A stretch of DNA of 59,768 nt, the filler included. It is 4 parts of 4 records of this genome, joined end to end, with 100 filler letters (N's around TTAATTAATTAA, not from the genome) between each part and the next. Parts side by side here need not be neighbours in the genome. Positions count along the whole stretch, not along the records: positions 1 to 25,853 come from SRR20825019_2167; 3 more parts are not named here. The stretch is one strand, 5' to 3'. Made by a program: the position numbers and the translations under genes. A model generated the notes under the pieces. The model was not told where the DNA came from and did no database searches. It was given only the letters and a program-made list of their open reading frames with translations. Position 1 is the stretch's first letter. The number at the start of each line of letters is the position of its first letter. This document shows positions 11,407 through 22,725 of this stretch, piece after piece.

Positions 11407-13236
11407 ATGGCCGAGTATATGACCATAAAGGTATCTGACCCCGAGAAACATGGTGACGGGGCAAAGGCATATACCACGTATCAGATTACCGTGAAGGTGA
11501 GTGCCCTATATACTGTGGACGAGCTTCGCTAAGCTTACAACAGACCAACGCTCGTGAATACAACGATGTCGAGTCCATCGTTCGCCGCCGCTTCAGTGAT
11601 TTCCAGTGGTTGCATGGAGCACTGGAGTCTCAGGCGCTCGGTGTTTGGGTGCCGCCCATGCCTGAGAAGAAAGCGATGGGTCGATTTGCCGACGATTTTA
11701 TCAACCAGCGCATGCGTGGCCTCAATCAGGTAAGCTTCTGCCAGTTTTGCTGTCAAACTGTTCTCACCTCGCCTACGCGTAGTTCTGCCAGCGTATTGCG
11801 GCCCATCCTGTGCTCCGGAAGATGGATTGCGTTGTTTCATTCTTCACCGCAAAGCACTGGGAGTTGAAGAGTCAGAAGTCAGGTGACGATGGAGGTTTCC
11901 AGAAGCTGATCAAGAAGGTTACCCTGGAGACAGACGCTGTTGTGCTGAGCACCTCGGCACACAAGGCGCGTATCCAGGAAATGGATCCTGACCACAAGGA
12001 GTTCGACACATTGAAGGCCTACATTGGGGAGTTTGAAAAGAGCGTGTCGTCCATGAACAAGGCTATGGCGAACCTTGTGAAGAAGCAGCACGAGATGTCT
12101 GATGACTATAACTCGATGGCTCAGTCGCTCCTTCACATTGCTCAAGGAGAAACTGACCTGACAGAATCCCTAGATTGTAGGTGTCTGTGCTTTTGTTGAG
12201 TGCGTGCCACTAAACCGCCTGTAGCGTTTGGCCAGGTGTGCCAAGAAATAGCATCTTTGTTCACGCAGCAATCTCAACGAGACGACGAGAACACGGTTGA
12301 GACCCTCAAGGAGTATATTGGGTATGCCCAGTCTGCACAGGTGTGTGTTTTTGGGCGTATATCAGGGAGGAAGCATTGACAACCGGGATTCAACAGCGAT
12401 GTGTCAAGGTGCGCGACCAGGTTTTGGGAAAATACGAGGAGGCGTCCAGCCGCCTCACCAAGTACACTGCCCAGCTGGAGAAGGAGGTGGATGAAAAGGA
12501 GAAGAGGGACAAAGAAATCGAGGAAGATCCTACAAAGAAGAGTATGTGGAAAAGATTTGTCTCTTGTTGATATGGAATTCTATCTGACCCTCGCCTTCAG
12601 AGAAGGGTGGATGGTTCTCTAAGGATCCGGACGCTAAGCTCGAGAAGACCAAGAAGAATCATGCTGAGGCCGAGAATGATGTTGAGAATACCCAGAAGTA
12701 CTTTGAGGAGACAACAGAAACCATGCAGGCCGAAGTGCAGAGGTTCCACAACAACAAGCTGCGTGATTTCCAGAACATGATGTTGACGTACGTGAGAAGC
12801 CAGATGTCGTTTAACCAGAAGGTGGGTTTGGGGTGTTTGTTCTTGAGTAGCCCTCCGCTGATGTTCGGTACAGTGCAAGGAACAGTGGGAGAACCTGCTG
12901 CCGACGATTCACTGTCTGGACGAGAAGGAAACTGCATCTCCTGGCTACGGTCGCATCAAGGCAAAGTCGACGGTTAGCCGTAAGGGCAGTGACATCCCTG
13001 TCGAGGAGGACGCAACGCTGACCATGAAGAGTTCAAGCAAGTCCCGGCCCCTCTCCAACAGTAAGTTCGGCGATGAAGCAGCATTTGGCCAGAAGAGGCC
13101 CTCTGCAAGCTCACAGGCGGACGACGAAATCTTCGCTCCTGCTGCCATCAGCAAGTCCATGAACGAGGAGATTGCCGAGGCGGAGGAGGATGACTCGGCA
13201 ATGATGACCGCGTCCAAGGATGAGCTCACTCTGTGA
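11407..13236 (+). CDS. PX-BAR sorting nexin (Vps5/SNX1/2-like); 7 exons
   Basis: KVSDPEKHGDG..AYTTY, VRRRFSDFQWL, PPMPEKK...F.DDFINQRMRGL (PX domain), followed by a helical BAR region ending EVQRFH..KLRDFQ..M...QWE. Confidence 0.88.
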
Positions 13237-13297
13237 AGTGTATATGATAATTTTAAAGGTACCCCGCGGGGCACACAAGTTTCCCGGTGAATCGAGT

Positions 13298-15405
13298 TTA
13301 TCCAAACCTTCGGTAGATACCCTCATTGCACTGCACGACATCAGTGTAATGGCCACTCTTGGACGCCACCTTCCACCATCCCGGTTGCACCTAAGAAGCA
13401 CCGTCGTCAGCCATCAGGAACAAATAATGATACCGGCAAGCTCACGTTAAGGCCGGAAACGTTGACTACGTTTAGGGTTCCCGTGTTAGCCAGCTCTATT
13501 TGTTGGGGTGTAGGTCCACGCGAAGACTGCGCATCTTCGTTGTCTTCCCATGGTCGTGTCACAACTGGCGCCGCCGTGGAGGGGCGCACCGTGCTACCAG
13601 GGGGCACGGGCTGTACAGCACATAAGTGTGTCAGTCTAGTTTCCATCAACACTACCATTCACGTACTGGCTTGTATCGATCAAACGGCGGAGCAGTGCGC
13701 TCAGGCTCATATCTCATAGCCCGAGACTTCGATAGTTCCCTTGAATTCGCCGTATTTGGCCGAGACCCGCCTACCACACTGGCTTGTGAAGGCTTTCTGA
13801 CGGGCAGGCCCTTATGGGTCTTTGGGCCAGCTGTTACTGGTCTCTTTGGAACGGGATCCACGCACTTCGGAACGAGGAAGTCCTGAGCTATTACAGGGCC
13901 CTGTGAGAACAATTCAGTTATTCTGCTGCAAAAGTTACGCCTTCGTGTCATGAACCTCGTAGCGTTCGCGCATAGCGGGTTGTACAGTCCGGTTGCCATC
14001 CTCCAAAGGATTAAACAATCCATAATTATATACACCATCCTCATCGCCTGCATCGCGTGTCATTACAGAGTCCAATACGAGTATGTGAGAACACATGCTG
14101 CTACCTTCTAGACGCTTGGAGGCATCTCCGTGTCGCACCCCCAGCAAGTGCTCCCCGCCTGGACGGTATCCCCCGTAACCTGCCGTCCCGTCAGAGTCAA
14201 TTCTATCGAGTTCATGCAACAACTGACCTGGTGGGATTCCAGCTGTATCCACGACTTCCTGGCACTCCTTGGCCACGGAGTATTTTTCCTTGCGAGCTTC
14301 AATGGCTTCTTTGTCGCCCGAACCGATAGTGTTGAAACTATGCTTGGAGTCGCCCAGCGGCCCTTCTAGGTTACTCCTGAAGATTTCCTCGCAATTGGCT
14401 GCAGTTTCCTGTGAGCATGTCTTTCATCCCAAGAACATGCCAACCTACTCTTGGACATCCTCGAGATGTTCGCGGCAGTCTGACCCAGCACGTATGCTTT
14501 CCCCCTCACAAAGCCTGTATAACCCGGCACAGCACCATGTGGATCCTCTACCGTATGCCCTAATTCAGTGTCCATGAAGTTATCGCGGGGATTCACCGGC
14601 ATCACCCAGTCCTCTTTCTCCTCATTCTTGTGTAACCACCGCTTGCGAAAGTTAAATACCCTCGGACCCACACGGAACAAGATAGGCTCTCGAAGATCTA
14701 GCCGCCTGAAATTTTGTCCTGGCTGAGTGCCTCCAGGATGTTCTACGGGAACAACAGGCTCTGTCCATTCTATCAGCTCAGTCCGCCCCGTCATCAAAAT
14801 AATCATCACTCACTTGGCTTCTTGGGCGCACAAATGTCCTCTAGTCCCCACAAACCGCTTCTCTCCTCCCTCCTTTCCTTGCCGGTGGCCGGGTTGATCG
14901 GTCTGCCCATTTTGCCCATTCGGTCAGACAGCGTATCAGTTTTGCTCGCCGGGATGACGTAATGCTTGCGGCCAACTCCTTTCTCTCCCCTGCTGTCGAT
15001 GGGCCGTGGCTCTTTCAAATACCGACGCCCTACTTTCTGTCAGCGGAAACACTGCAAGCGAAGTACAACTGACAAACCTTGTGCCTTCATGGTTCCGCTC
15101 TCTGGTGCTGTAAGTGGTCGCTTTCCGAATCTTCCGAAGTCCTCTCCTCCAACTGGAACCCCTCTTTCCACAGCTTGCTCCTTCTCAGGGAAGTACTTGG
15201 GCCCTATCTGCCGAGGTGAGGGGGGATTCTTCGGATCAAAAAATCTGTCAAACCCTCCAACTTTCGTAAAGGTTGAAGTGTGGGTGGGGTTGAACTGCTC
15301 AGGGTTACTAGAATTGTAGTGCACGGCATCCTTGTGCTTCTTCTGAAGGTGCCAGTTTGGGCCGGAACGGTCTATTCCGTTCAGACCTCCCGTTCGAACA
15401 GGCAT
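13298..15405 (-). CDS. Pro/Gly-rich protein with PYG-type motifs (FAM166/CIMIP2-like microtubule inner protein candidate); multi-exon
   Basis: Exons carry VPGYTGFVRG and TAGYGGYRPG. Short GT-AG introns join the ORF fragments. Ends ...EGIYRRFG*. Confidence 0.55.
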
Positions 15406-16721
15406 ATTAGCAAACTTCTGAGTATATCACGACTAGGCGCACACCATCTCCTGAGCACTGTGAGTGTGTTGCTTTGGTGCAGTGTGTGTGATAGATATAT
15501 ATATGATGCAAAGAAATGAATCTCTACTCACGGAGTGTGGGCTGCTTTCGCACTATCGGAACGCTTGCTTGCAGGTTAAAACGACTGCCAAGGAGAGGGT
15601 GTGGTCACCAGCAGGTCTCTCCTATGGGCGTGCTCTGGAAGGCAGTGGCAGCAACAATTCTGACTGAGTCTGACCACACGATGGCGCAACGGCCCCAGCC
15701 ACCATATGCCTCGCGGTCTTGGCCGTGCATGCACGGGAGACCACACACAACACCCCATTCCGTTCCTCCACTGAAGCCCCTGGCCGGGCTTGCGGCCGGG
15801 CCGGCTGGAGCGCGAGCCCGCTGTCTCGGGGCCCCTTCCGTCCGACTCGGTGGGCTCGGCCCTCGGGCGGGCGCCCGCCGCACCGGCTCGGGGACCTGTG
15901 CCTGCCCCCGCCGACGACACCAATGGCTGAGGATCGCGAGTCCGGGTAGCCAGTGAGTAGCCAACACCATGATGGGCGCCCGGCAGCCGCCGAGGCGCGC
16001 CTACTACCCGGCCGGCCCGGCCGGCGGCCTCGCGCATCACGGTGTGCGCTTCTGGCGGTTACCCATCACGTGGCCCACCCTCAAGTCATTTCTGGAGCTA
16101 TCCTCGACCAAATCGCGATTGTCCTTCACCAAAGGAGAGCGCTCAGGTACAGTACGGGGAGGCGCCGATGGGGACCGGCCGAGCGAGATGAGGGCCGGGG
16201 CACCGGCCGATGAGTCTGCGAGCAGTGCAGCGGCCCTCGGCTCAGCTCGCCCCTCGCCACGACGGCGACTCCGAGGGCGCGCGGGGCCCCGCGGCGCTGC
16301 TCCCGGCCTGGCTCGCAGTCAGTAACCACCCCGGTTGGTCGCCGGGCCCGGGCGGACCGGGAGAATGATGAATCGGGCTGCTGGGCCACCGTGACGTCTC
16401 CATCGTCAGTGAGCCTCCCCAGGTCCGCGGCGGCCGCGTCCCTCCGTGCGGCCGCCAGCGCGCGCTGCTGGGGCCAACGCAATATCAGGCTACCAGGCCA
16501 CACTGCCAAATGCTTCACGACATCTCAACCCACTCAGTAGCCCGGCCTAGTTGGCGGCCGGCGGTCCTCTGCTCATCCATGACGGCAACGATACAGCGCT
16601 ATGAGCGTATTCTTTCGGCGAACACCCAGAAACTGACTCGCCACCCCCTTAGTTGAACACCTTTATATGCTACCGATGGGGAGGAGACGGTGTGGAGCAG
16701 GGCCCGCCGGACGGGACAGCC

Positions 16722-19700
16722 ATGGCAGCTTCGACCGGAAACCATGCTGGCGAGTATCGGTGCTTGCAGTCGTTGCGCGCTGTATATGCGCGGAACCTGA
16801 AGCCCCCTGGGCAGGAGTTGCTCAACCCTTTCTTCAGTATTCACTCTCCCGACGACCAGCTAGTATATACTAGCGAGGTGTCCTTCCAGACCCTCAATCC
16901 AACGTGGCTTAATCTTAGTGCGGGTCGGTTTGCCAAGGGCGCATGGGTAGATACGCCGCGCTTTTCCGTTAAGGTGTCAAGCAGGAACATACCACTTGGA
17001 GGTACCAGTTTCCAGGACCAAGTGCTGGTGGAGGACAACATTCACGCCCTTGATCTCGTACCACTTGGAAGCAGTCAGCTCACTGTCCTCACCACTACTC
17101 CTCCGAATGCGTTGATATTCGAGTTCCAGGACGGCTTGTATGCGAGTGTTGAGGTTGCTGTCGCAATTGATCAGGGCGCATGTTTGGACGCTGGGCCGGC
17201 CGCAGGCCCCGCGACCCGTGTTGAGCTGACCGATAGAATCAAGAGCTTGTACAAGCTAGAGGAGATGCAGAAGAAGCTGGCGGACATGCGGGAAGAGACT
17301 GGACGCTGCAGAAAGGACCTCAGTGACAAGCTGGTCGCTCGGGCCGAGCTTTTGTCAAAGCAAAGGCAGCACGAGATCCAGCTTGGCCGTGTGTGCAGGG
17401 CAAAGGAAGTGTTGGAAAAGGTAAAGAGGGAGCGGGAACAGCAAACAGCGGGCCTCCAGACGCTGTGGTCTGCCATGCGTCCACGCAGCACGCGGTTGGT
17501 GGAAAACCTGGCACGCCTTAAGCATCTGAAGGCGGTGACGGAGGTCAACAAGAAGAAGCTAGAGGAGGAAAAAGAGAGGAGGAAACGGGTGTCTTTCGCA
17601 TTGCATGCCAGGCAGTGGCAGCTCATCAGCGAATTGGCCGCGGTTTACCCTATCGAGGTTCCCTCGGACGGCAAAGTGATGCGGATCGTGGGATTGCCGC
17701 TGCCTAATGCCGACTTTAGTGGGATCGATGACGAGGTTGCCCAGGCGGCACTGGGGCATGTTTGTCACCTTGTCTCGGTACTTGCACGGTACCTAAATGT
17801 GCGCCTAAGGTATCCAATCACGGCTATGGGGAGTCGCTCGGTGATTCGAGACGATTTCTCTCCATATCAACAGCCTGAATTCGCGCTTTATCATCGCACG
17901 ACATCTCCGCAGCGCTTTGAGTACGCCCTTTTCCTTTTAAGTAAGAATGTGGAGCACTTGTCCTATTCCATAGGCCTGCCCCTGCAGAGCATTAAGGATA
18001 TTCTCCCTAATGTGCGCAATATCTTTGAGTCTGAGAGCATATCATGGTGTTGCGCGTTCGAGGTGCCTACCCTTTCATTCGCCGCGGCCTCCGGAAATGT
18101 GAAGCTTGTCCAGAAGATCATTGAAAGTAGGAACCGTGGTCTATCTTTTGAGAACCTTATCGATGCGGCCGGCAACACTCCATTGCACTACGCTGTGGCG
18201 TACGGACAGGTTGTGTGTGTCAAGACCCTCATCCAGCGTAAGGTTGTAGACGTGAGCGCCCGCAACTATTCCATGATGACCGCCCTTGATATTGCAAGAA
18301 GATTGCAGAATGTCCATGATGTCTCTGACAGCTTCGCCATCCGTAGTGAGCTTCAATCTGTCCAGAAGACAACTGCTGCCAAACTCAATAGCAGACTGGC
18401 TTCAACATCCCCGATACCGAGCCCCGTCAAAACAACGCCAAAACTCTCACCTCTGACCATTAGGGGCTCCCCCCCGCCACTGAGTATGCAGACCCCCCGT
18501 GTTGCGCCGGCGGAGTCTTCGGAGGATGATGCCGGAGCCACAGGACCCGAAGCAACGGCGGGACCTCGATCGAAGTTTGGATGGGAGATCAACAGAGATG
18601 ATGTTCAGGACCTGGGCCTGAAGATCGGCGAGACGCGATACTGGAAGCTATTCAAAGTTGTGTGGAACTGCCGCCTTTGTATCATGAGAGTGCCCCAAAG
18701 GGAGAACTTTGAGGACATGAAGATGCAGGCACAGATGCTGGCGTCCGTGCGTGACGAGCATGTAGTGGAGTTCTTGGGCGCGTCCCTGGAGCCCGGCAGG
18801 ATGTGCATTATCACAGATTACATGCCTTACACCCTTGCGGACCTCCTTTCGGCCAATGTGACCGAGCCATTGAGGCCCGAAACTCTGATGCAGATTGGAA
18901 AGGATATTGCCGCGGGCATGTGCGCCCTTTTGTCCGCCCCGAAGAAGCCGTTGCTGCATGGCCGCCTCAAGCCTTCGAACCTATTGGTGAGTCATGCGGG
19001 GCGTATCAAGATTGCCGATTATGCACAGCTGTGGATTCTCAAGGATGAAGAGTGTGCAGATGAGATCTTCAGCCATAGTAACATGCGTTATGCCGCCCCT
19101 GAACTTCTTGGTGCGCGCCTTTATACCCAAAAGATGGATGTGTTCTCGTTTGGTACCTTGATGTGGGAATTGTGTGCTGTAGGACGTGACAGTGTGACGT
19201 TGGACAGCACCAAGATTCACCCAGCATCTTACGGAATGTCAGTCATGGTTGGGCGGCGGATTGCTGGGCACATGAGCGAAGCAGGTTTTCGGGTGACGGA
19301 GAAGATGCCAGTGGGAATTCCCCACGAACTCATTGGCCTGATTAAGTCATGCTGGCTCACCGACCCCACCAAGCGCCCCTCCTTTTTTGAAATCCAGGAT
19401 GTGCTTGGATTTATCAGCACAAGCACGAAGCGCGTGGGTGTGCCGGCCCGGGGTCAGTTCTGGTCTGACCATGTTGAGACGGATTGCCATAGGGCAGTTG
19501 TCACCCTCATGTTCCAATCAGCCTCTGCTGCGCCGACCCTGCACGGGCACTTCCCCTTCCTGAAGACAGTCGGTCCATTCCTTGTAAGCATTGTCGATGG
19601 ATTGACAGACACCGAATGCAAGCTTGTCAGCGTGCAAGCTAACCGCAAGTTGATGGACTACTTTGGCACGCAGGTTGATGTGGACTTACCTGCCGCAGCT

Positions 19701-21059
19701 GCCTTTAAGATTTACAATTGCGCAGTGGCCAAGGATGTGCGTTTGAAGTCCCAAGACATCATGGCGGTGGGGGTGGAGGGATGGACCACCATCGGCATTG
19801 TTCCTGCCCCACCTGCCCGGACAGCTGCCTCTGACAACCAGCAAGGAATGGGGGTGGCCGCGCCTACACAGCGCAAGTCTGGAGGAAGCAAGACTAGGGC
19901 AGTGGCATTCACGCCTGAGGGTTCGTCCCCAGCCCCTGTAAACCTTAGTAGCACTGAGATTCTCTTTGCCAGTAGTCGCCAGAGTGATTCCACTTCTCGT
20001 CTTAGTGGAATTTCTAATGCGAGCTCTAATAGTTTGGCAAGCTCGCACACTGCGGCGTCAGGAGCTTCTGGCAAAGACGTGGACGCGCTGTTGCAGACAA
20101 AAATGACGGAGGATGGATCCGGAGCATGGACCCCCAAGAGCGACACTGGGATGATTGAGACCGCCCTGGATGTGATCGAAGCCGCCGCTCCCCGCGAAGA
20201 TTCAACGCATGTCGTTCAGGAGACTGTCGAAGAGCCCGAGCCCTCCGTGCCATGCCTGGAGGAGAGCATGCCATCTGAACCTGTGGCTGACGACCGGAGG
20301 ACGATGTCCTTTGATCGAATTAGCCCCCCACCATCAGTACGTACCAGCCCTGAGGTCACGGATGAAGCGACAAATGGTGGTCCTGGGCCTGCTAAACAGG
20401 ATAATTGGATGAATGACATCACGCCAGCCCCCACAGTGGAATCAAATGGGATGGAGAACGGGGCCACCGCCGAGCCGTCAGGGGCGGAGGCGGCGGCGGC
20501 CCCAAATGATGAAGGTGTCGACGACGGAATGTTCGTGCAGAAGATTAAGCCGAGTTTCTTCAAGAAACGGATCCGCCCTCGCGGCCAATCCGGGCAGGAC
20601 GAGCCGGTGCCCTCGTCATTCATGCCGACGCAGTCAAGTCTTGCCCGATCGCGTAGCAAGAGCCCCCCCGGTAGAAATCGCACTAAGGTAAGAGAGAATG
20701 GTTCTGTCTGGGTCGGCACTGCTTGTACTAATTCGACTCGCTTACAGTCACCACCTCCTAACCGCGCGCCATTCAGGCCTGGAGGCGTGGCGCCGCCACC
20801 TAAGAATGCTTCTGCGCGCACACCAGGGAGGAGCAGTCCGGAGCGGGCGCAGCGGGGAATGCGGTCCGCAGCCGTGGGAGCGGATCCGGCTGTACAGGAG
20901 GGAATTCGGCCATCTAGTCTCCGAGCACGCAGCCCGCCCAAGGGTATGTCGGCCAGAGCTGCTTCACCTCCCAAGGGGGAGTCCACCGGGGATGGGACAT
21001 CTAGGCGGGGCAGTGTGAAGGATATGGCAAGGATGTGGGAGAAGAGGCAGTCACAGTAG
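16722..21059 (+). CDS. UVRAG/Vps38-like protein (C2 + coiled coil + Atg14/BARA-type domain) fused to ankyrin repeats and a TKL-like pseudokinase
   Basis: C2: VYTSEV...TLNPTW. UVRAG: QLISELAAVYPI, ALGHVCHLV..LARYL.V.LRYP, RFEYALFLLSKNVEHL. Ankyrin: GNTPLHYAV..GQV.CVKTL, MTALDIA. Kinase fold: HGRLKPSNLLV, KIADY, RYAAPE, DVFSFG..MWE, CW..DP..RPSF. Probable in-frame intron at 20688-20747. Confidence 0.85.
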   Translation: MAASTGNHAGEYRCLQSLRAVYARNLKPPGQELLNPFFSIHSPDDQLVYTSEVSFQTLNPTWLNLSAGRFAKGAWVDTPRFSVKVSSRNIPLGGTSFQDQVLVEDNIHALDLVPLGSSQLTVLTTTPPNALIFEFQDGLYASVEVAVAIDQGACLDAGPAAGPATRVELTDRIKSLYKLEEMQKKLADMREETGRCRKDLSDKLVARAELLSKQRQHEIQLGRVCRAKEVLEKVKREREQQTAGLQTLWSAMRPRSTRLVENLARLKHLKAVTEVNKKKLEEEKERRKRVSFALHARQWQLISELAAVYPIEVPSDGKVMRIVGLPLPNADFSGIDDEVAQAALGHVCHLVSVLARYLNVRLRYPITAMGSRSVIRDDFSPYQQPEFALYHRTTSPQRFEYALFLLSKNVEHLSYSIGLPLQSIKDILPNVRNIFESESISWCCAFEVPTLSFAAASGNVKLVQKIIESRNRGLSFENLIDAAGNTPLHYAVAYGQVVCVKTLIQRKVVDVSARNYSMMTALDIARRLQNVHDVSDSFAIRSELQSVQKTTAAKLNSRLASTSPIPSPVKTTPKLSPLTIRGSPPPLSMQTPRVAPAESSEDDAGATGPEATAGPRSKFGWEINRDDVQDLGLKIGETRYWKLFKVVWNCRLCIMRVPQRENFEDMKMQAQMLASVRDEHVVEFLGASLEPGRMCIITDYMPYTLADLLSANVTEPLRPETLMQIGKDIAAGMCALLSAPKKPLLHGRLKPSNLLVSHAGRIKIADYAQLWILKDEECADEIFSHSNMRYAAPELLGARLYTQKMDVFSFGTLMWELCAVGRDSVTLDSTKIHPASYGMSVMVGRRIAGHMSEAGFRVTEKMPVGIPHELIGLIKSCWLTDPTKRPSFFEIQDVLGFISTSTKRVGVPARGQFWSDHVETDCHRAVVTLMFQSASAAPTLHGHFPFLKTVGPFLVSIVDGLTDTECKLVSVQANRKLMDYFGTQVDVDLPAAAAFKIYNCAVAKDVRLKSQDIMAVGVEGWTTIGIVPAPPARTAASDNQQGMGVAAPTQRKSGGSKTRAVAFTPEGSSPAPVNLSSTEILFASSRQSDSTSRLSGISNASSNSLASSHTAASGASGKDVDALLQTKMTEDGSGAWTPKSDTGMIETALDVIEAAAPREDSTHVVQETVEEPEPSVPCLEESMPSEPVADDRRTMSFDRISPPPSVRTSPEVTDEATNGGPGPAKQDNWMNDITPAPTVESNGMENGATAEPSGAEAAAAPNDEGVDDGMFVQKIKPSFFKKRIRPRGQSGQDEPVPSSFMPTQSSLARSRSKSPPGRNRTKVRENGSVWVGTACTNSTRLQSPPPNRAPFRPGGVAPPPKNASARTPGRSSPERAQRGMRSAAVGADPAVQEGIRPSSLRARSPPKGMSARAASPPKGESTGDGTSRRGSVKDMARMWEKRQSQ

Positions 21060-21110
21060 TGTTCAGTGTATTCATTTTGCATCCCTCCCCATGATCCCGG
21101 CGCTGTGTCC

Positions 21111-21957
21111 TTACAGGCTCTTGTGCTTCTGGCGGGTGAGTCACGAGGACCCAAGAGTGCCATAGACTCACCTTGTATGTCAACTTCTCGAGGTTGTTGA
21201 TTTCCTCTTGAGAGGTGAAGATGGTGTGTCGAATATACTCTGCCACCAAGTAAAACAGAGCGTTCTTGAGCCATGTCCACAGCACCAGAACATCCCAATA
21301 GCCCCCATATGCCCACCTGGCCACACTGCGTGAGCCACACACTATCACCGCAAGTCGACATGGGCACTCACAAAAACGTAAAGAACATAACCGTCCAAAA
21401 TGCTGTCACTGCTCCTGTCAGGAGATTGCACAGACGCCGGTTCCTCGCGCCTCCCTTCATTAGGTATTGTCCTGGTGCAAAATTCAGGTGGCAGCTAATA
21501 TCAAAAAGACACCTTACCCGTATAATAAAAGCTACCGGCCGCCAGGAGCTCCAGGCTCACTACGACGTGTATGTTCAACATGTTCTAGATATCTCTCAGT
21601 TCACGCCCGGCACAAACGGAAGGCAACATACCCTAAAATAGATCATGTAGCTTGTCCACGGATACACTTCCAAATAGACCGCGTGACCAACACACCACAT
21701 CGACAGGAACACACTGATGCCAAGTATCACTCGCTACAGTGAGTTAGTAACTCTAGGAACAGAGTGACTATTGCAAACGCGCACACCTTCCAATACATAT
21801 TGAACTCCTCGTCGTCACGGCGTAAGGTCTCAATAAGCTCCTCCTGGTCTACAGGCTACTTAGCACGTGGATGATGGTGACGGGGAGTAAAACTACCTTT
21901 CTCGTCCATTATCTGAATCTTATCCTGAACTGGGATGCCGTTTTCCTCTCCATCCAT
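21111..21957 (-). CDS. Small conserved-looking multi-pass membrane protein of unknown function; about 6 exons
   Basis: Spliced model MDGEENG...IMDEK|DQEELIETLRRDD...YWK|RVILGISVFL...EEINNLEKLTYK|HKSL*; hydrophobic middle; canonical short introns. Confidence 0.6.
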
Positions 21958-22725
21958 AGGGTTCCTCCATCCCACTCTCACCAATGGAATGCTCAAAGAC
22001 ATGCTGGCGGTGGGTTGCAGCGAGTTCATTGTGAAAGGTATCCAATATAATATAATAGGTGGTTCGACCTGTCGCGAGGACTTGAGCTGAAGCTAGCCAA
22101 TAAGGGCTTGGTTACCCATGATGGTCGGCTTGGTTTGAGCAGAAAGCCTGACGACATCCTGTCTGCATTCTGTTGTTCCGTTCTCATGAGCACCGGTTCG
22201 GGCACCGAGGGCTCGGGCCCACCAGCCTGCCCAGCTGGCCCGGCCGGCGGCGTTCCGTCCGGCGTCGCAGCGACCGGAGCCTTTCGGCGCGGGACAGCGG
22301 CCGGGCCAGGGCGCACTCACCCGCGGGAGCATCACTCCCCGAGCCCGGCCGGGCCCGACTGGCCCGGGCCGGTCGGTCGCTCCGCATGGCGGCCGGCTCG
22401 GCCGGGCCCCGCCCCAGTCACTGACCGGCACGCCGCCGGGTCCCGCCGCCCGGGCGGCCCCGGGCGGGCGCCCGGCCGGCCGGGCAGGGCCGGCCAGCCC
22501 GGGGCCCCCGGTCCCGTCCGTGGGCCGATGTCCCTCCGGTCGGGTCCCTGGGCCACCGGGCTCCCAGCACAACGGAGAGAGCCGAGCCAGACAGACTCTA
22601 CGTCAAGGCCGGCTGCTCGGCTTGCCATATTCGCACCAGGTCGTTTGGGGGCGTGGGTAATGACAGCTGCACAAGGTCCATATAAACATAGCCTCTGTGC
22701 AGTACTACTAACGCATGGTTTCACG

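Noticed and set aside
14771-14814. GTGATGA...CTGA inside a 44-nt intron (C/D-box-like)
   Set aside because: Too short for a snoRNA; the motifs overlap the donor and branch site, and I found no rRNA guide.
20216-21367. 383-aa minus-strand ORF
   Set aside because: Antisense shadow of the GC-rich UVRAG-fusion tail and out of frame with the membrane-protein exons.
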